From: Acidobacteriota bacterium
GTDB lineage: Bacteria > Acidobacteriota > UBA6911 > JACQSX01
Assembly: GCA_036507075.1 (NCBI GenBank)
Contig: DASXQR010000003.1
Location: forward strand, 43,232 to 107,231
Length of the DNA stretch: 64,000 nucleotides
Reading direction: 5' to 3'
Shown: piece after piece, positions 1-11,665 of the stretch
How positions within the stretch are numbered: position 1 is the stretch's first letter
Layout of the letters: each line of letters opens with the position of its first letter
Position numbers and translations under genes: made by a program
The notes under the pieces: model-generated
Databases searched by the model: none
What the model was told of the DNA's origin: nothing
Seen by the model: only the letters and a program-made list of their open reading frames with translations

Positions 1-21
1 GTCCTTTGTGTCTTTGTGGTG
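1..21. repeat. Right arm of a 9-mer-based inverted-repeat element (CTTTGTGTC family), truncated by the window edge
   Basis: gtcctttgtgtctttgtggtg; the same string occurs at about 9267-9287 and a full pair at 20599-20657. Confidence 0.7.
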
Positions 22-30
22 GATTCACCC

Positions 31-1239
31 TTATGCGGGCTGCAGTTCCACCTTCTTGCCCGCAATCGAAAGATTTTCCTTCACGAAGTTCTCATCCCAG
101 AGGTTGGAGATAACGGCGGAGATGTTCGGGTTCTGCAACGCCCACAGGTAGGCCTTCACTGGTGGTTTCCATTCGCCCGGGACGATGCGGTTGACTTTCT
201 GCACTCGCCAATCCGGAACCGGCTGCAGCGGTTTGTGGTGCGTGGCCACGGCGTGCGCCACTTTCATGGCGATCACGCCGATATTCTTTGCGGCGGCCTG
301 ACGGATGGCATCTTCCAGGTAACCGCCGTTGATCACGTTGTACGCCATCATCACAACATCATAGTGGCCCGCTTCGGTTGCCGCTCTCAAAATGCCGGCC
401 GGATCGTTGTGCGACGTCACGCCCAGGAACCTCACCTTGCCCTGCTTTTTCAAATCCAGGAAAGTTTCCACTATTTCGGGGCACTGCAGATCCTCCGGCG
501 TGTCGGCTCCATGCGGACACATGAGAATGTCAAAGTGGTCGGTCCCTACGCGCTTAAGACTTTCTTCCACTGATTCGATGATCGACTGGCGAAAGCTCGG
601 ACTTGCTTCAACCTTGTGGCGGTATTCCGGCATCATGGCGACTCGCAGGTAAGCCAGATCGAAAGCCCTCTGCTGGCCAGGATAGTAAGTGAGGAAGTAA
701 CCGGGTTTTTCCACTCCGCGTTGATCGCGCAGCTCCCGGGCGCGCTTCAGAATTGCTTCCTGCCTGGAGGCTGGCAGCTCGTCGAAGATCTGTTTGTATA
801 GCCGCCTGCGCAGGCCGTTAAAGCTGCTGACCTTGGTCGTCAGGAAGACCTTCTGGCGCTTCGCCGACGAACCGGCGAGCAGTTTGCCGTAGGCGCGCTC
901 GGTGTCGCCCCGGTTATAGGCGGGCGCCATATCGAGGTAATTCAAACCCATGTCGAGTGCCTGCTCGAGATGCGTGTAGTTGTCGAGCGTAATGGGATCG
1001 CCACCGCTGATGACCTCCGAAATCATCATTCCGGTGCGTCCCAGCCGGCGGTAAGCCATGCTTGACTGCCTGTTGCGCCATTCCAGATCGGCACTGACAG
1101 CTCCTCTGGCTGCTTCGGCCGCACCAAGTCCGGCGAACGTGCTCGCTCCGCTCAAGAAGACAACACTTGCACCGGCTCGCACGAAGTCTCGCCGGTTCAT
1201 CATTGTTCTTTCACGCGACAGAGATTGATCTGAAGGCAT
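31..1239 (-). CDS. Aldo/keto reductase family protein with Tat-like signal peptide
   Basis: AKR motifs (YRRLGRTG, LDMAPAY, SLKRVGTDHFD, GKVRFLGVTSH); N-terminal NRRDFV twin-arginine motif; AAGGAGG SD upstream of the ATG. Confidence 0.85.
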   Translation of the reverse strand: MPSDQSLSRERTMMNRRDFVRAGASVVFLSGASTFAGLGAAEAARGAVSADLEWRNRQSSMAYRRLGRTGMMISEVISGGDPITLDNYTHLEQALDMGLNYLDMAPAYNRGDTERAYGKLLAGSSAKRQKVFLTTKVSSFNGLRRRLYKQIFDELPASRQEAILKRARELRDQRGVEKPGYFLTYYPGQQRAFDLAYLRVAMMPEYRHKVEASPSFRQSIIESVEESLKRVGTDHFDILMCPHGADTPEDLQCPEIVETFLDLKKQGKVRFLGVTSHNDPAGILRAATEAGHYDVVMMAYNVINGGYLEDAIRQAAAKNIGVIAMKVAHAVATHHKPLQPVPDWRVQKVNRIVPGEWKPPVKAYLWALQNPNISAVISNLWDENFVKENLSIAGKKVELQPA

Positions 1240-1325
1240 AGCATCCTCCTTTGCGGAGCTGTTACTTTATCACCGCCTGCCGTCATTGACGATTGTTTAC
1301 GTTTCCCAAACGGAATGCGCCCACC

Positions 1326-1477
1326 GAGCCGCGACGCGTGAGCGAGCGGCACTCCATATGATCACTTCGGTGACGCCAGGTTCACACTTCTGCAGCGGCC
1401 TCAATGGGTGCTGAAACGTAAGAGGGGCTGATCTGACTTGTCAGTCTGGAGTGCCGCTCGCTTACACTTCGCGGCTC
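1326..1477. repeat. REP-like inverted pair (GAGCCGCGAC..GAGCGAGCGG family)
   Basis: 1326-1356 gagccgcgacgcgtgagcgagcggcactcca matches the reverse complement of 1447-1477 with a few mismatches. Confidence 0.8.
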
Positions 1478-1501
1478 CATTGTTGGTGCACAGTTGCAAA
1501 C

Positions 1502-1592
1502 AGCGGATTGCGGAATGCGGAATGCGGAATATAGTCAAACTTAATTCTTCAAAGCAAACCAGATTGGCTCACTATTCCGCATTCCGCATTCG
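1502..1592. repeat. Heptamer inverted-repeat element (GAATGCG / CGCATTC)
   Basis: Left arm gcggattgcggaatgcggaatgcggaata; right arm tattccgcattccgcattcg. Confidence 0.85.
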
Positions 1593-1641
1593 AGTCGGGA
1601 GTCGCGGACCATTAACTCTCTGTGCGACAATGGTGCGGCGC

Positions 1642-2868
1642 ATGAGATTCGAGCTTTTTGTCGCGCTTCGCTATCTGAAGGCAAAGCGCAAACAGGCGGT
1701 CATCTCCGTGATTACGGCGATCTCGGTCCTTGGAGTCGCTGCCGGAGTAATGGCACTGGTCATCGCGCTCGCGTTGAACACCGGCTTTCAGGTGGAATTG
1801 CAAGCGAAAATTCTGGGCGCCACTTCTCATATCACGGTGCTGCAAAGCGACGGCCGCCCGCTTAAAGAGTTCAGAGCTGTCGTCGAGAAAATAAGGAACA
1901 TCAGCGGAGTTCAGGCGATCACGCCCACTATTTACGGGCAAGTGTTCTTTGTGGGAGGCCTTCAAAACCAGGGGGTACAGCTCAAAGGGATTGATCTCGG
2001 AAACGCCCAGGTGCCTGAAATTCTAAAAACCGTCGTGAGCGGGAATTTGAGCGCGCTTTCTTCCGATTCAGCCGTGCCGGGCATCATTATCGGCAGAGAA
2101 CTTGCGCGCAAGACCGGAACGGGACTGAATTCCGTGGTGCGCGCGATTTCCTCTGAAGGCGAGCTCTCACCGGTGGGGAAGTTGCCGCGCAGCCAGACCT
2201 TCAAAGTGGTAGCGGTGTTCGAGTCTGGCTTATGGGACTTTGATGCCAACTGGGTGTTCGTCACTCTGGACTCGGCACGGCGGCTGTTCCATCTTTCCCC
2301 CGAACAGGTCACGGCGCTCGAAGTCAACCTGCGCGATATTTATCAGGCTGGCCAGGCAGGGCGCGCCGTGGAAGAGAAACTGGGAGAAGGTTACCAGGCA
2401 CTTACATGGATTGAATTGAATCGCCCTCTCTTTTCCGCCCTCCGCCTGGAGAAGCTTGCCATGTTTATCGCCATCGGTCTGATCGTGCTGGTGGCTTCGT
2501 TAAACGTTGTTACCACGCTGACGATGATGGTGATCGAAAAGCAGAAGGACATCGCCATCCTTTCCGCGATGGGCAGCGACAGCAGAATCATCATGTGGAT
2601 CTTCATGCTGCAGGGAATCATTATCGGAATCATTGGAACCGTCATCGGCATGGGGGTGGGGGTGACGGCGAGCTGGTGGCTGAATCGATATAAGGTCATC
2701 CATCTGCAGCCGGACGTTTACTCGATTCCATTCGTTCCGTTTCACACGCGCTGGGAAGATGTACTGGCGATCGCAATGGTGGCCATGTTAATCACTTTTC
2801 TGGCAACCCTGCATCCGGCCAGAGCCGCCTCGCGCCTCGATCCGGTAGAGGCGCTGCGCTACGAATAA
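1642..2868 (+). CDS. lolE: Lipoprotein-releasing ABC transporter permease LolC/E
   Basis: MRFELFVALRYLKAKR N-terminus, FtsX-type TM helices, ends LDPVEALRYE; upstream ORF extension is repeat-derived. Confidence 0.92.
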   Translation: MRFELFVALRYLKAKRKQAVISVITAISVLGVAAGVMALVIALALNTGFQVELQAKILGATSHITVLQSDGRPLKEFRAVVEKIRNISGVQAITPTIYGQVFFVGGLQNQGVQLKGIDLGNAQVPEILKTVVSGNLSALSSDSAVPGIIIGRELARKTGTGLNSVVRAISSEGELSPVGKLPRSQTFKVVAVFESGLWDFDANWVFVTLDSARRLFHLSPEQVTALEVNLRDIYQAGQAGRAVEEKLGEGYQALTWIELNRPLFSALRLEKLAMFIAIGLIVLVASLNVVTTLTMMVIEKQKDIAILSAMGSDSRIIMWIFMLQGIIIGIIGTVIGMGVGVTASWWLNRYKVIHLQPDVYSIPFVPFHTRWEDVLAIAMVAMLITFLATLHPARAASRLDPVEALRYE

Positions 2869-2869
2869 A

Positions 2870-3120
2870 GGTTCCGGGTTTGCGGGTTGACGGGTTTAAG
2901 GTTGGCGAGTTGGAGAAAGGTTGCGAGTTTGCGGGTTGGAAAAAGGTTGCGAGTTTGCGGGTTAACGGGTTTCGAGTTGGCTGATTCAAAAATTGAAGAT
3001 TCAAAATTAATAACGCCGAAATCTCGCAACCCGTAACCCGCAAACCCGTAAACCCGCAACCCGTAACCGAAAACTCGTAACCCGAAACCCGAAAACCCGA
3101 AAACTCGAAAACTCGTAACT
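2870..3120. repeat. Hepta/octamer inverted-repeat element (GGGTTAC-GGGTTTGC / GTAACCC family)
   Basis: G/T-rich left arm about 2870-2980, AT-rich spacer, A/C-rich right arm about 3022-3120. Confidence 0.85.
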
Positions 3121-3129
3121 TGGCTGCCG

Positions 3130-3804
3130 ATGCCGTTTCTGAAAGTTCGGAACCTGAATAAGAGCTACCCTTCCGGACGCACACAGCTGCATGTGTTGCG
3201 CGACCTGTCGCTGGACGTGGAAAAGGGGGATTTGATCGCCGTTTTAGGGGCATCCGGCTCGGGCAAGAGCACTCTGCTGCATATGATCGGTGGAATGGAA
3301 TGTCCCGATTCCGGCTCCATTCAATATGGTGATCTGGAACTGGTCTCACTCGCTCGAGAAGAGCTTGCCCGCTTTCGAAATTCCAGAGTTGGATTCATTT
3401 TTCAATTTCACCACCTGCTGCCTGAATTCAGCGCGCTTGAGAATGTGATGTTTCCGTTGTTGATTGGCAGGCAACCGGCGGCGCGCTGCCGTTCACTGGC
3501 GATGGAGCTGCTCGCCGCGGTGGGATTGTCAGAACGGCAGAGTCACAAACCGGGAGAATTGTCGGGTGGAGAACAGCAGCGGGTGGCCATCGCTCGGGCG
3601 CTGGTGGGGAGTCCCGATATCGTGCTGGCGGATGAGCCGACCGGCAACCTGGATGCGCACACGGCCGAGTCGGTGCACCTGTTGCTGCAGCAACTCCATC
3701 AGCAAAGGCAGTTCACCGCCATCGTGGTGACCCATAATCCGGCCCTGGCTGAGATCTGCCGGGCGAGGAAATACATGCGAGACGGGCAACTTGTTGATCC
3801 CTAG
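3130..3804 (+). CDS. lolD: Lipoprotein-releasing ABC transporter ATP-binding protein LolD
   Basis: Walker [20 protein letters not shown]olD motif, [18 protein letters not shown]. Confidence 0.92.
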   Translation: MPFLKVRNLNKSYPSGRTQLHVLRDLSLDVEKGDLIAVLGASGSGKSTLLHMIGGMECPDSGSIQYGDLELVSLAREELARFRNSRVGFIFQFHHLLPEFSALENVMFPLLIGRQPAARCRSLAMELLAAVGLSERQSHKPGELSGGEQQRVAIARALVGSPDIVLADEPTGNLDAHTAESVHLLLQQLHQQRQFTAIVVTHNPALAEICRARKYMRDGQLVDP

Positions 3805-3911
3805 GGCATCTTAATGCGTACGGACTCGAACGGAGATGAAAATAGTTTTCTAAGTTCGCTGAAACCAAGCGTTAAATTGAATTTAAGGGTCATTTCTGGT
3901 ACAAAAGGACC

Positions 3912-6359
3912 ATGTTTGAGAAATACACGGAGAAGGCGCGGCGCGTGATCTTTTTTGCGCGCTATGAGGCCAGCCAGTTCGGAAGCCGTTACATTGAAAC
4001 CGAACATATTCTGCTGGGTCTGATCCGTGAGGACAAGGCGCTCACCAGCCGATTTTTCCCGCGAGCTGAGTCCACCATCGAAACCATCCGAAAAGAGATT
4101 GAGGGACGCACCGTCATACACGACAAGGTCTCTACCTCCGTAGAGCTGCCTTTGAGTGATGAGTCAAAACGCGTTCTCCAGTACGCCAACGAGGAATCAG
4201 AACGGCTCCTCTGCAACTACATCGGGACCGAGCACATTCTCCTGGGGCTTCTGAGAGAAGAAAAATCAGTGGCTGCGGAAATCCTCCATGAAAAAGGCTT
4301 GCGCCTGGCCAAGGTACGTGAGGAAATCGCCGGCGCTACCACCGAGAAACAAAGCAATCCGAAGAGCAAGGACAGTCTCATCCTGGCCGAGTTCAGCCGG
4401 GATCTGACCGATGCGGCCTCCAACCGGACGCTGGACCCGCTGGTGGGACGCGAGCGAGAAATTGAAAGAGTGATCCAGATCCTGTGCCGAAGAACCAAGA
4501 ACAATCCCGTCCTGATCGGGGAACCAGGGGTGGGTAAGACAGCCATTGTTGAAGGTCTGGCTCAGAAGATCGTGCAGGGCGAAGTTCCCAGCATGCTGCT
4601 GGACAAGCGGATCCTGGCGCTGGACATTTCCCTGATCGTCGCAGGAACGAAATATCGCGGGCAGTTTGAAGAGCGTCTCAAGGCGATCATGAAGGAATTG
4701 CTGGAGAATCCGAACTTCATCATCTTTATAGATGAGCTGCACACGCTGGTGGGAGCAGGTTCCGCCGAAGGCTCTCTTGACGCCGCCAACATCCTGAAAC
4801 CGGCCCTGTCGCGCGGGGAATTGCAGTGCGTCGGGGCCACCACTCCTTATGAATACCGCCGCTCCATTGAAAAGGATCGCTCTCTGGAACGCCGCTTCCA
4901 GGCAGTGAAAGTCAATCCACCGACCGAAGCGGAGACTATCGAAATCATCCGGGGCATCAGGGATCGGTACGAATCGTTTCACCAGGTTTCCTACATCGAG
5001 GACGCGATTACTTCGTCGGTGCTGCAGTCGAATCGCTATATTCCGGACCGTTTTCTGCCCGACAAGGCCATCGACGTGCTTGACGAGGCAGGAGCAAGGG
5101 TCAAGCTTCGCAGCACGGCCGTCCCCGACGAAGTGATCAATCTGCAGAAGAAAATCAAAGTCATCATGGGGCGGATTGAAACCGCCATTTCGCTGAAGGA
5201 ATTCGAGAAAGCTGCCAAGTACAAGGACGAAGAACTTCTGGAGCGCGAAAACCTGCAGATCATCAAGGAGCGCTGGAAACTGCGCAACAAGCTTCCCATC
5301 CAGGTAACGCGCGATGATATCGATGACGTGATCTCGCGATGGACCGGCATCCCCGTCAACTCTTTGAAGGAAGAAGAATCGCAGAAGCTGCTCCGCATGG
5401 AAGACGAGCTGCACAGGCGCATCGTGAGCCAGAAAAAAGCGATTTCCGCGCTGGCCCGGGCCATCCGTCGCAGCCGCGCCGGCATGAAGAATCCCAACCG
5501 CCCGGTCGGGTCGTTCCTGTTTCTGGGACCGACGGGCGTGGGAAAGACAGAAGTGGCCAAGGGCTTGACGGAATTTCTCTTTGGAAGCGAGAAGGCCCTG
5601 GTGCGCTTCGACATGTCCGAGTATATGGAGAAGCACTCGGTCTCAAAACTGATCGGATCTCCTCCCGGCTATGTCGGTCATGAAGAAGGCGGGCAACTGA
5701 CCGAAAGGATCAAGCGCAATCCCTATTCGGTTCTGCTGTTGGACGAAATCGAAAAGGCGCACGCCGACATCTTCAATATCCTGTTGCAGGTGTTCGAAGA
5801 CGGCCAGCTTACCGATTCGCACGGAAATCAGATCGATTTCAAGAATACTATCATCATAATGACGTCAAACATCGGAGCCCGTTACCTGTCGCAAAAAGGC
5901 GCTCTGGGATTCCAGGCTTCCGTCGATAAGAGCCAGCAGAAAGTTCACGATCTGGTGCTCAATGAAGTAAAGCATCTGTTTAATCCGGAATTCCTCAACC
6001 GTCTGGACGAAATCATCATTTTTGACTCCCTCACCGACGAGGATCTGCGCCAGATTGTCGATCTGCTTATGATGCAGGTGAACAAGAACCTGGAGCAGAA
6101 GAACATTCGCATCCGGCTCGAGTCGGATGTGGCGGAATGGATCATTTCGCAGACCTGCAAGGATCGATCTTATGGCGCCCGGCCGCTTCGCCGCGCCATC
6201 CAGAAATACATCGAAGACCCCGTATCCGAGCTGCTGATTCAGGGTAAGTTGAACCGCGACCGCACCATATCCATCTATATGAGGGATGGGCAATTGTTCT
6301 ATCGTCCCACAGACGCCGAAGCAGACCAGGGGATGCAACTGCAGGTCAGCGTCTTCTGA
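3912..6359 (+). CDS. clpC: ATP-dependent Clp protease ATP-binding subunit ClpC
   Basis: Clp N-repeats; two AAA+ modules ([16 protein letters not shown]); UVR-like middle domain. Confidence 0.93.
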   Translation: MFEKYTEKARRVIFFARYEASQFGSRYIETEHILLGLIREDKALTSRFFPRAESTIETIRKEIEGRTVIHDKVSTSVELPLSDESKRVLQYANEESERLLCNYIGTEHILLGLLREEKSVAAEILHEKGLRLAKVREEIAGATTEKQSNPKSKDSLILAEFSRDLTDAASNRTLDPLVGREREIERVIQILCRRTKNNPVLIGEPGVGKTAIVEGLAQKIVQGEVPSMLLDKRILALDISLIVAGTKYRGQFEERLKAIMKELLENPNFIIFIDELHTLVGAGSAEGSLDAANILKPALSRGELQCVGATTPYEYRRSIEKDRSLERRFQAVKVNPPTEAETIEIIRGIRDRYESFHQVSYIEDAITSSVLQSNRYIPDRFLPDKAIDVLDEAGARVKLRSTAVPDEVINLQKKIKVIMGRIETAISLKEFEKAAKYKDEELLERENLQIIKERWKLRNKLPIQVTRDDIDDVISRWTGIPVNSLKEEESQKLLRMEDELHRRIVSQKKAISALARAIRRSRAGMKNPNRPVGSFLFLGPTGVGKTEVAKGLTEFLFGSEKALVRFDMSEYMEKHSVSKLIGSPPGYVGHEEGGQLTERIKRNPYSVLLLDEIEKAHADIFNILLQVFEDGQLTDSHGNQIDFKNTIIIMTSNIGARYLSQKGALGFQASVDKSQQKVHDLVLNEVKHLFNPEFLNRLDEIIIFDSLTDEDLRQIVDLLMMQVNKNLEQKNIRIRLESDVAEWIISQTCKDRSYGARPLRRAIQKYIEDPVSELLIQGKLNRDRTISIYMRDGQLFYRPTDAEADQGMQLQVSVF

Positions 6360-6494
6360 CATTGCGCGTTTGCGCGGACATTCTCCCCGATCACTTATTT
6401 CCTAACTGGTTCTCACAGGTACGCCGGAGCGCATCGAGACGTCTTGGGAACGTTTGCGAAGAATCGCCGTTTTTGTATAAGGCGGAAATGGCTG

Positions 6495-6503
6495 TGTTAT
6501 AAT
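6495..6503 (+). promoter_or_regulatory. Putative extended -10 sigma70 promoter upstream of bamA
   Basis: TGtTATAAT in the clpC-bamA intergenic region. Confidence 0.45.
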
Positions 6504-6616
6504 CATCGCTTTTTTGGATTGCCGTCTTTATAACATTGATACTGCTGCAATTAGCGGAAACCGGGGAACAACAAACAGCGCCTTGATCCGGCGCGTATCT
6601 CTGGCGACTCGGAGAC

Positions 6617-9250
6617 TTGATGCATTTTCTCAGTAAAGTCGTGGCAAACCATTCCGGGTTTGGCCGCAACCGCGTAGTGACCAGAACATCGATCTTTATC
6701 CTTTTTCTTCTGATCGGATCTTCACTGTCAGCGGCGCAACAGGTCCGGGTTATTGAAGATGTGCGGTTGGTCGGGAATCGCCGCATCCCTGAAGATACCA
6801 TTCGGTTTTACATCCAGAGCAAAAAAGGCGATCAGTACAGCGAAGATCGCATCAAGCTGGATTTCCGCAGTCTTTGGAATACCGGCTTTTTCAGGGACGT
6901 TCAGGTCATCGAGGAGGAGGGAAAGGCCGGCCCGATCATTATCTTCAGGGTGGTTGAACGGCCGCTGGTGCGGGTCATTAAATACGAAGGGTTCAAGTCT
7001 TTTAAGGAATCCGACATCCTGGAGGAATTCAAAAAGCGACGCGTCGGTTTGTCGGTCGATTCCGCTTTTGACGAAGCGAAGCTTCCCGCGGCAAGACGAG
7101 CCATAGAAGAACTATTAAAGCAGAATGGCAAGCCCCTGGGCAACGTTACCTATCAGGTCGAAGATCTATCGCAGACCTCGATGAAGATCACCTTCAATAT
7201 TGAAGAAGGTCCCAAGGTGCGCATTGGCGACATTTCTTTCGAAGGAAACAGCGTTTTTACCGATGACAAGCTGCGTGACGCGCTCAAGCTCACCAAAGAG
7301 CGAAGTTTGATGCCGATCTTCAAAGGAACCGACAAGTATCATGAAGAAAAGCTGGAGTACGACGCCAATGTAAACATGCTCGACTTGTACCGCGAAAAAG
7401 GCTACGTCAACGCCCGTATTGGCAAGCCGACCGTGGAGATCAAGGAAGGGCCGCGGGGCGTCACCCCCATGTTCCGCAAGACCAGGCAGCAGTTCTATAT
7501 CCGCATCCCCATTCAGGAAGGCGAGCAGTACAAATTCTCCAGTTTTGATATCAAGGGCGTGCAGCAGTTTCGCAAGGAAGACATCGTCAGGTTTTTTGGC
7601 TTCAAGCCGGGAGACCTGGTCAACATAAAGCACTGGCGCAAGCAGGAAGAAGAATTGAAGAAACTTTATGAGGCGCGCGGATTTCTCGATATGGAATCCG
7701 TGCCCGAATTTGACCCCGACCCGGTCAAGAAGACCGTAACGCTCAACATCACCATCAATGAAGGCCGCGCGTACGTTGTCAACCGCATCGATTTTTTGGG
7801 GAACACCAAGACCAAAGACAAGGTGCTGCGGCGTGAAATGTTTCTGGAGGAGCAGCAGGTTTTTAACGGGAAGCTGCTGGAGTTGAGCGTGGTGCGCCTC
7901 AACCAGCTCGGGTTTTTCCAGAAGATTGAAGAAAAGGACTATGAGGTCAAGAAGGATCCTGCCGCCGGCGAAGTGGATCTGACCGTGAAAGTGAAAGAAC
8001 AAAGCCAGCAGTCCATCGGCGTAACCGGCGGCGTGAGCGGGATCTCGGGAAGCTTTATCGGAATCAACTACAGCACCAATAATTTCCGGGGCCTGGGTCA
8101 GCGCATCGACGTGGAAATTCTGACCGGCACGCGCACCACCAATTACACCTTTGCGTTCACCGAGCCTTACTTTCGTGACACCAAGCTGAGTCTCGGCCTC
8201 ACTCTCTTTGACACACGACTGCGCTATGACACATTCAGCACGTTTCTTACCTTCAATCCGAACGACAATATTTCGCTCTTCACGCGCAAGAGCGCAGGTG
8301 TGACTGTCAACGGGAGCTATCCGGTAGGGAACTTCACCCGCCTGGGGCTTGGCTATTCGATTCAGAATATTTCCATCAGCGATATCAACGCGAATTTCAG
8401 CAACTTCGCATTGAACCAGTTCATATTTTTTGCGCCCGGCGGCGAGCGCGAGCGCGCGCTTTCAGGGATTATTCGCAGTGAGGTGACGCCGACTTACATC
8501 CTGAATACCAAGAATGCGTATTTTAACGCCACCAGCGGCACTTCGCTTACCGTTTCAGTTCCGGTCGCGGGCGGACCGCTGGGCGGAGACTTTGATATTT
8601 TGCGACCCAGCCTCGAGTACCAGAAGTTCTGGTGCGTGAGAAACTGCGGACCCGGCGGGCGACGTCACGTGTTTGCTTTTCGCGGGCTGGGTGAAATGGT
8701 GATGCCGTACTCGTCCACGCCGGCAGTGCCGTTCTTTGAGCGGCTTTATTCGGGCGGTGAAAACCTGTTGCGCGGTTTCGACATTCGCTCGGTGACTCCG
8801 TTTGCGATCTCGTCAACACCCAGGGTCGATCCCAACGGATTCCCGGTGATCGATCCGAACACCGGATTGCCCCAGATCGACATCTCGCCTACGTTTATCG
8901 GAGGTGATACTTTGATAAACTTAACGGGCGAGTACCGTATTCCGGTCGTGGGCCCGCTCAACGTGGCGCTGTTCGCCGATGTGGGTACCAGCACTATCTT
9001 TCTGAAGAGCAAGCTGGGCTTGTTCGGCAAGGGAACAAAGATAAACCTGCTCAGTCAGACCAATAACGTGATCCGTGCGTCGACCGGCGCAGAAATTCAG
9101 TTTTTGCTGCCTGTGATTAATGCCCCGTTTCGCCTGATCTTTGCGTACAACCCTCTGATCATGAACACCACGGCCATCATTAGCGGTCAGTTGATCCCAT
9201 TTCGGGAACAAAGGAGAGGCATTAAATTTACCATCGGCCAGACGTTCTAG
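6617..9250 (+). CDS. bamA: Outer membrane protein assembly factor BamA
   Basis: Signal peptide, POTRA repeats, LRGF motif, C-terminal Phe; exact start uncertain. Confidence 0.95.
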   Translation: MMHFLSKVVANHSGFGRNRVVTRTSIFILFLLIGSSLSAAQQVRVIEDVRLVGNRRIPEDTIRFYIQSKKGDQYSEDRIKLDFRSLWNTGFFRDVQVIEEEGKAGPIIIFRVVERPLVRVIKYEGFKSFKESDILEEFKKRRVGLSVDSAFDEAKLPAARRAIEELLKQNGKPLGNVTYQVEDLSQTSMKITFNIEEGPKVRIGDISFEGNSVFTDDKLRDALKLTKERSLMPIFKGTDKYHEEKLEYDANVNMLDLYREKGYVNARIGKPTVEIKEGPRGVTPMFRKTRQQFYIRIPIQEGEQYKFSSFDIKGVQQFRKEDIVRFFGFKPGDLVNIKHWRKQEEELKKLYEARGFLDMESVPEFDPDPVKKTVTLNITINEGRAYVVNRIDFLGNTKTKDKVLRREMFLEEQQVFNGKLLELSVVRLNQLGFFQKIEEKDYEVKKDPAAGEVDLTVKVKEQSQQSIGVTGGVSGISGSFIGINYSTNNFRGLGQRIDVEILTGTRTTNYTFAFTEPYFRDTKLSLGLTLFDTRLRYDTFSTFLTFNPNDNISLFTRKSAGVTVNGSYPVGNFTRLGLGYSIQNISISDINANFSNFALNQFIFFAPGGERERALSGIIRSEVTPTYILNTKNAYFNATSGTSLTVSVPVAGGPLGGDFDILRPSLEYQKFWCVRNCGPGGRRHVFAFRGLGEMVMPYSSTPAVPFFERLYSGGENLLRGFDIRSVTPFAISSTPRVDPNGFPVIDPNTGLPQIDISPTFIGGDTLINLTGEYRIPVVGPLNVALFADVGTSTIFLKSKLGLFGKGTKINLLSQTNNVIRASTGAEIQFLLPVINAPFRLIFAYNPLIMNTTAIISGQLIPFREQRRGIKFTIGQTF

Positions 9251-9387
9251 CACCCAATTGTTTTGTGTCCTTTGTGTCTTTGTGGTGAAAAAACTCTTAT
9301 CAGGGCCGTTGGAACAGAAACGTTTTCTTTGCCGTATAAGAATTCTGGGTCTAAAATACAAGGTTTCGTAAAGGAGATTCAAGTTAC

Positions 9388-9993
9388 ATGATCAGAAGAA
9401 TATCCACTTTTTGCGCCGCGGTCACATTGCTGACGGGTCTTTTGCTGGCGCAAGCCCCGGGCCCCTCCGCCACCCAGGCGTCCCCGAAGCCTGCCGGACC
9501 GGCGCCAACGAAGATCGGCTTTATCGACTCGCTGCGAATCGTTTATGAAACCGATGAAGGAAAAAACGAAATCTCCAAAGTCCAGGAGTTCATCAACAAA
9601 AAGCAGTCAGAGTACGACACCAAAAAAACAGACCTGGATAAGTTAAGCGAGCAGTATCAGAATCAGCAGCGCACTCTTAATCCCGAAACTCGCGGTGAGA
9701 TGGAGAAGGCTATTCAGTCCCGGGAAACAGAGCTAAAGCGATTCCAGGAAGACACGCAGGCGGAGATTGATCGCCAGCGTGACGGCATCCTGGGAAAGCT
9801 GGGCCAGAAGATTCAGACTCTGATTGACGATTATGCGCGAGAGAATGGCTTTGCGGCCATTTTTGTCCGTTCTCAAAACCAGACTTACGTGGCTCCCAGC
9901 CTGGATATCACCGACGAAGTAATCCGGCGCTACAATACAAAGTTCCCTGCTGCAAAATCACCGGTCGCTCCCGCACCGGCAAAGAAGCCCTGA
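9388..9993 (+). CDS. skp: Periplasmic chaperone Skp/OmpH
   Basis: Signal peptide, KIGFID, coiled coil, LDITDEVI; between bamA and lpxD; AAGGAG SD. Confidence 0.9.
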   Translation: MIRRISTFCAAVTLLTGLLLAQAPGPSATQASPKPAGPAPTKIGFIDSLRIVYETDEGKNEISKVQEFINKKQSEYDTKKTDLDKLSEQYQNQQRTLNPETRGEMEKAIQSRETELKRFQEDTQAEIDRQRDGILGKLGQKIQTLIDDYARENGFAAIFVRSQNQTYVAPSLDITDEVIRRYNTKFPAAKSPVAPAPAKKP

Positions 9994-9996
9994 TCC

Positions 9997-10120
9997 GGAA
10001 AGCAGAAAGCAGGAGGCAGGAAGCAGGAGGCAGGAAGCAGGAGGCCTGCTTCCTGCCTCCTGCCTCCTGCCTCCTGCCTCCTGTCTCCTGCTTCCTGCTT
10101 TCCGCCTTCCGCCTTCCGGC
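9997..10120. repeat. Heptamer inverted-repeat element (GGCAGGA / TCCTGCC)
   Basis: gcaggaggcaggaa.. directly followed by ..tcctgcctcctgcc. Confidence 0.9.
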
Positions 10121-10133
10121 CTCACGGTTTAAT

Positions 10134-11180
10134 ATGGAGCGCGAAATGGAGAACACGCTTCAGGAACTTGCAGAGATCACAGGTGGTTCGGTAGTGGGCG
10201 ACGCTTCGGCTTTGATCAGCGGGATCGCGTCGCTCGAAGAGGCAAGTCCGTCGGACCTTGTCCTGATAGCGAACCGAAAATTCCTGAGGAAGGCAGCTCA
10301 GACCTCGGCGGGCGGGTTCCTGGTCGGAGCGAATATGGAGATAAAGGACCGGAACCTGCTTCGAGTAGAGAATCCGAAACTCGCATTCGCGCAATTACTA
10401 TCTCACTTTTACCCGCCGGAGACTCTCCCGCCGGGAATTCATCCAACTGCCCTGGTGGATTCGCGGGCTTCGGTCGACCCGACGGCCAGTGTCGGAGCCC
10501 TGGTTTTCATCGGGCCGGGATGTCGGATCCAGGCGGATTGCCGCATTTTTCCCGGGAGCGTGCTGCTGCGCGATGTCACGGTGGGTCCCCGCACTGTCAT
10601 TTACTGCAATGTGTCGATTTATTCGCTGGTGGAGATAGGCAGCGATGTGACCATTCACTCCGGCAGCGTTATCGGGAGCGACGGATATGGTTTCGTGTTC
10701 GACGGAAAGGAACACCGGAAGATCCCCCAGGTCGGGGGCGTAAGAATTGGAAACAAAGTGGAGATCGGCGCAAACTGCTGCATTGATCGCGCCACTCTGG
10801 GAATGACCCTCCTGGGAGACGGCGTAAAGCTGGATAATTCAGTTCACATTGGACATAATTGCGTCATTGGTGAACATTCGCTGTTGGTTGCACAGGTGGG
10901 ACTGTCTGGTGGAACGCGCGTCGGAAAGCACGTGACGCTGGCCGGGCAGGTGGGTACCAATCCGCAGGTAGAGATCGGCGATGGCGCCGTTGTAACCGGC
11001 AAAGCGGGAGTATCCCGCAATGTCCCCGCCAACACAAAAGTCTCCGGAATGCCGCCCCTCGAGCATGACCGCTGGGTGCGGGCGCAAATTCTATATGCGC
11101 GCCTGCCCGAGATTTATGAAACCTTGAAGACCGTGGAGAGGGAAGTCAAAGAGCTGAAATCCAATCGCGGGCAGAAATGA
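10134..11180 (+). CDS. lpxD: UDP-3-O-acylglucosamine N-acyltransferase LpxD
   Basis: Hexapeptide repeats, [18 protein letters not shown]. Confidence 0.95.
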   Translation: MEREMENTLQELAEITGGSVVGDASALISGIASLEEASPSDLVLIANRKFLRKAAQTSAGGFLVGANMEIKDRNLLRVENPKLAFAQLLSHFYPPETLPPGIHPTALVDSRASVDPTASVGALVFIGPGCRIQADCRIFPGSVLLRDVTVGPRTVIYCNVSIYSLVEIGSDVTIHSGSVIGSDGYGFVFDGKEHRKIPQVGGVRIGNKVEIGANCCIDRATLGMTLLGDGVKLDNSVHIGHNCVIGEHSLLVAQVGLSGGTRVGKHVTLAGQVGTNPQVEIGDGAVVTGKAGVSRNVPANTKVSGMPPLEHDRWVRAQILYARLPEIYETLKTVEREVKELKSNRGQK

Positions 11181-11665
11181 GCCGGGACCGGTTGAAAAAT
11201 CAAATGCAGATGGGCGATTCCAAAGTCGAAGTGCCCTCGCTGGAGGAGATTTTCAAGCTGCTCCCTCATCGCTACCCATTCCTTCTGGTGGACCGGATTC
11301 TTGAATGGGAGCCGGGAAAAAGGATCGTCGGTTTGAAGAACGTTACCATTAATGAACCATTTTTCAGCGGCCACTTTCCCGGCAAGCCGATCATGCCGGG
11401 AGTTTTGATTATCGAGGCGATGGCTCAGGTCGGAGGTGTCTTGCTACTGCATGCCGCGGGCGCCGAGGCGCAGAACAGGCTCGTATACTTCACATCGATT
11501 GAATCGGCGAGATTCCGCAAGCCGGTAGTGCCTGGAGATCAACTCCGATTGGAAGTCGAGGTATTGAAATACAAAATGCGAGTCTGCCGCATTCAGGGAA
11601 AAGCCTTCGTGGACGGCCAGCGTGTCGCCGAAGGGATTCTGATGTCATCCCTGGTGGATCGTTGA
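11177..11665 (+). CDS. fabZ: 3-hydroxyacyl-ACP dehydratase FabZ
   Basis: [32 protein letters not shown]. Confidence 0.97.
   Translation: MSRDRLKNQMQMGDSKVEVPSLEEIFKLLPHRYPFLLVDRILEWEPGKRIVGLKNVTINEPFFSGHFPGKPIMPGVLIIEAMAQVGGVLLLHAAGAEAQNRLVYFTSIESARFRKPVVPGDQLRLEVEVLKYKMRVCRIQGKAFVDGQRVAEGILMSSLVDR

Noticed and set aside
1438..1641. N-terminal extension of lolE in the ORF track
   Set aside because: It translates repeat sequence (ECGMRN, SAFRI); the family-typical start is MRFELF at 1642.
4266..5636. Long antisense ORFs (also 12611-13738, 13228-14481, 18565-19695, 40640-41761)
   Set aside because: Shadows of well-supported genes on the opposite strand in GC-rich DNA; no recognisable motifs.
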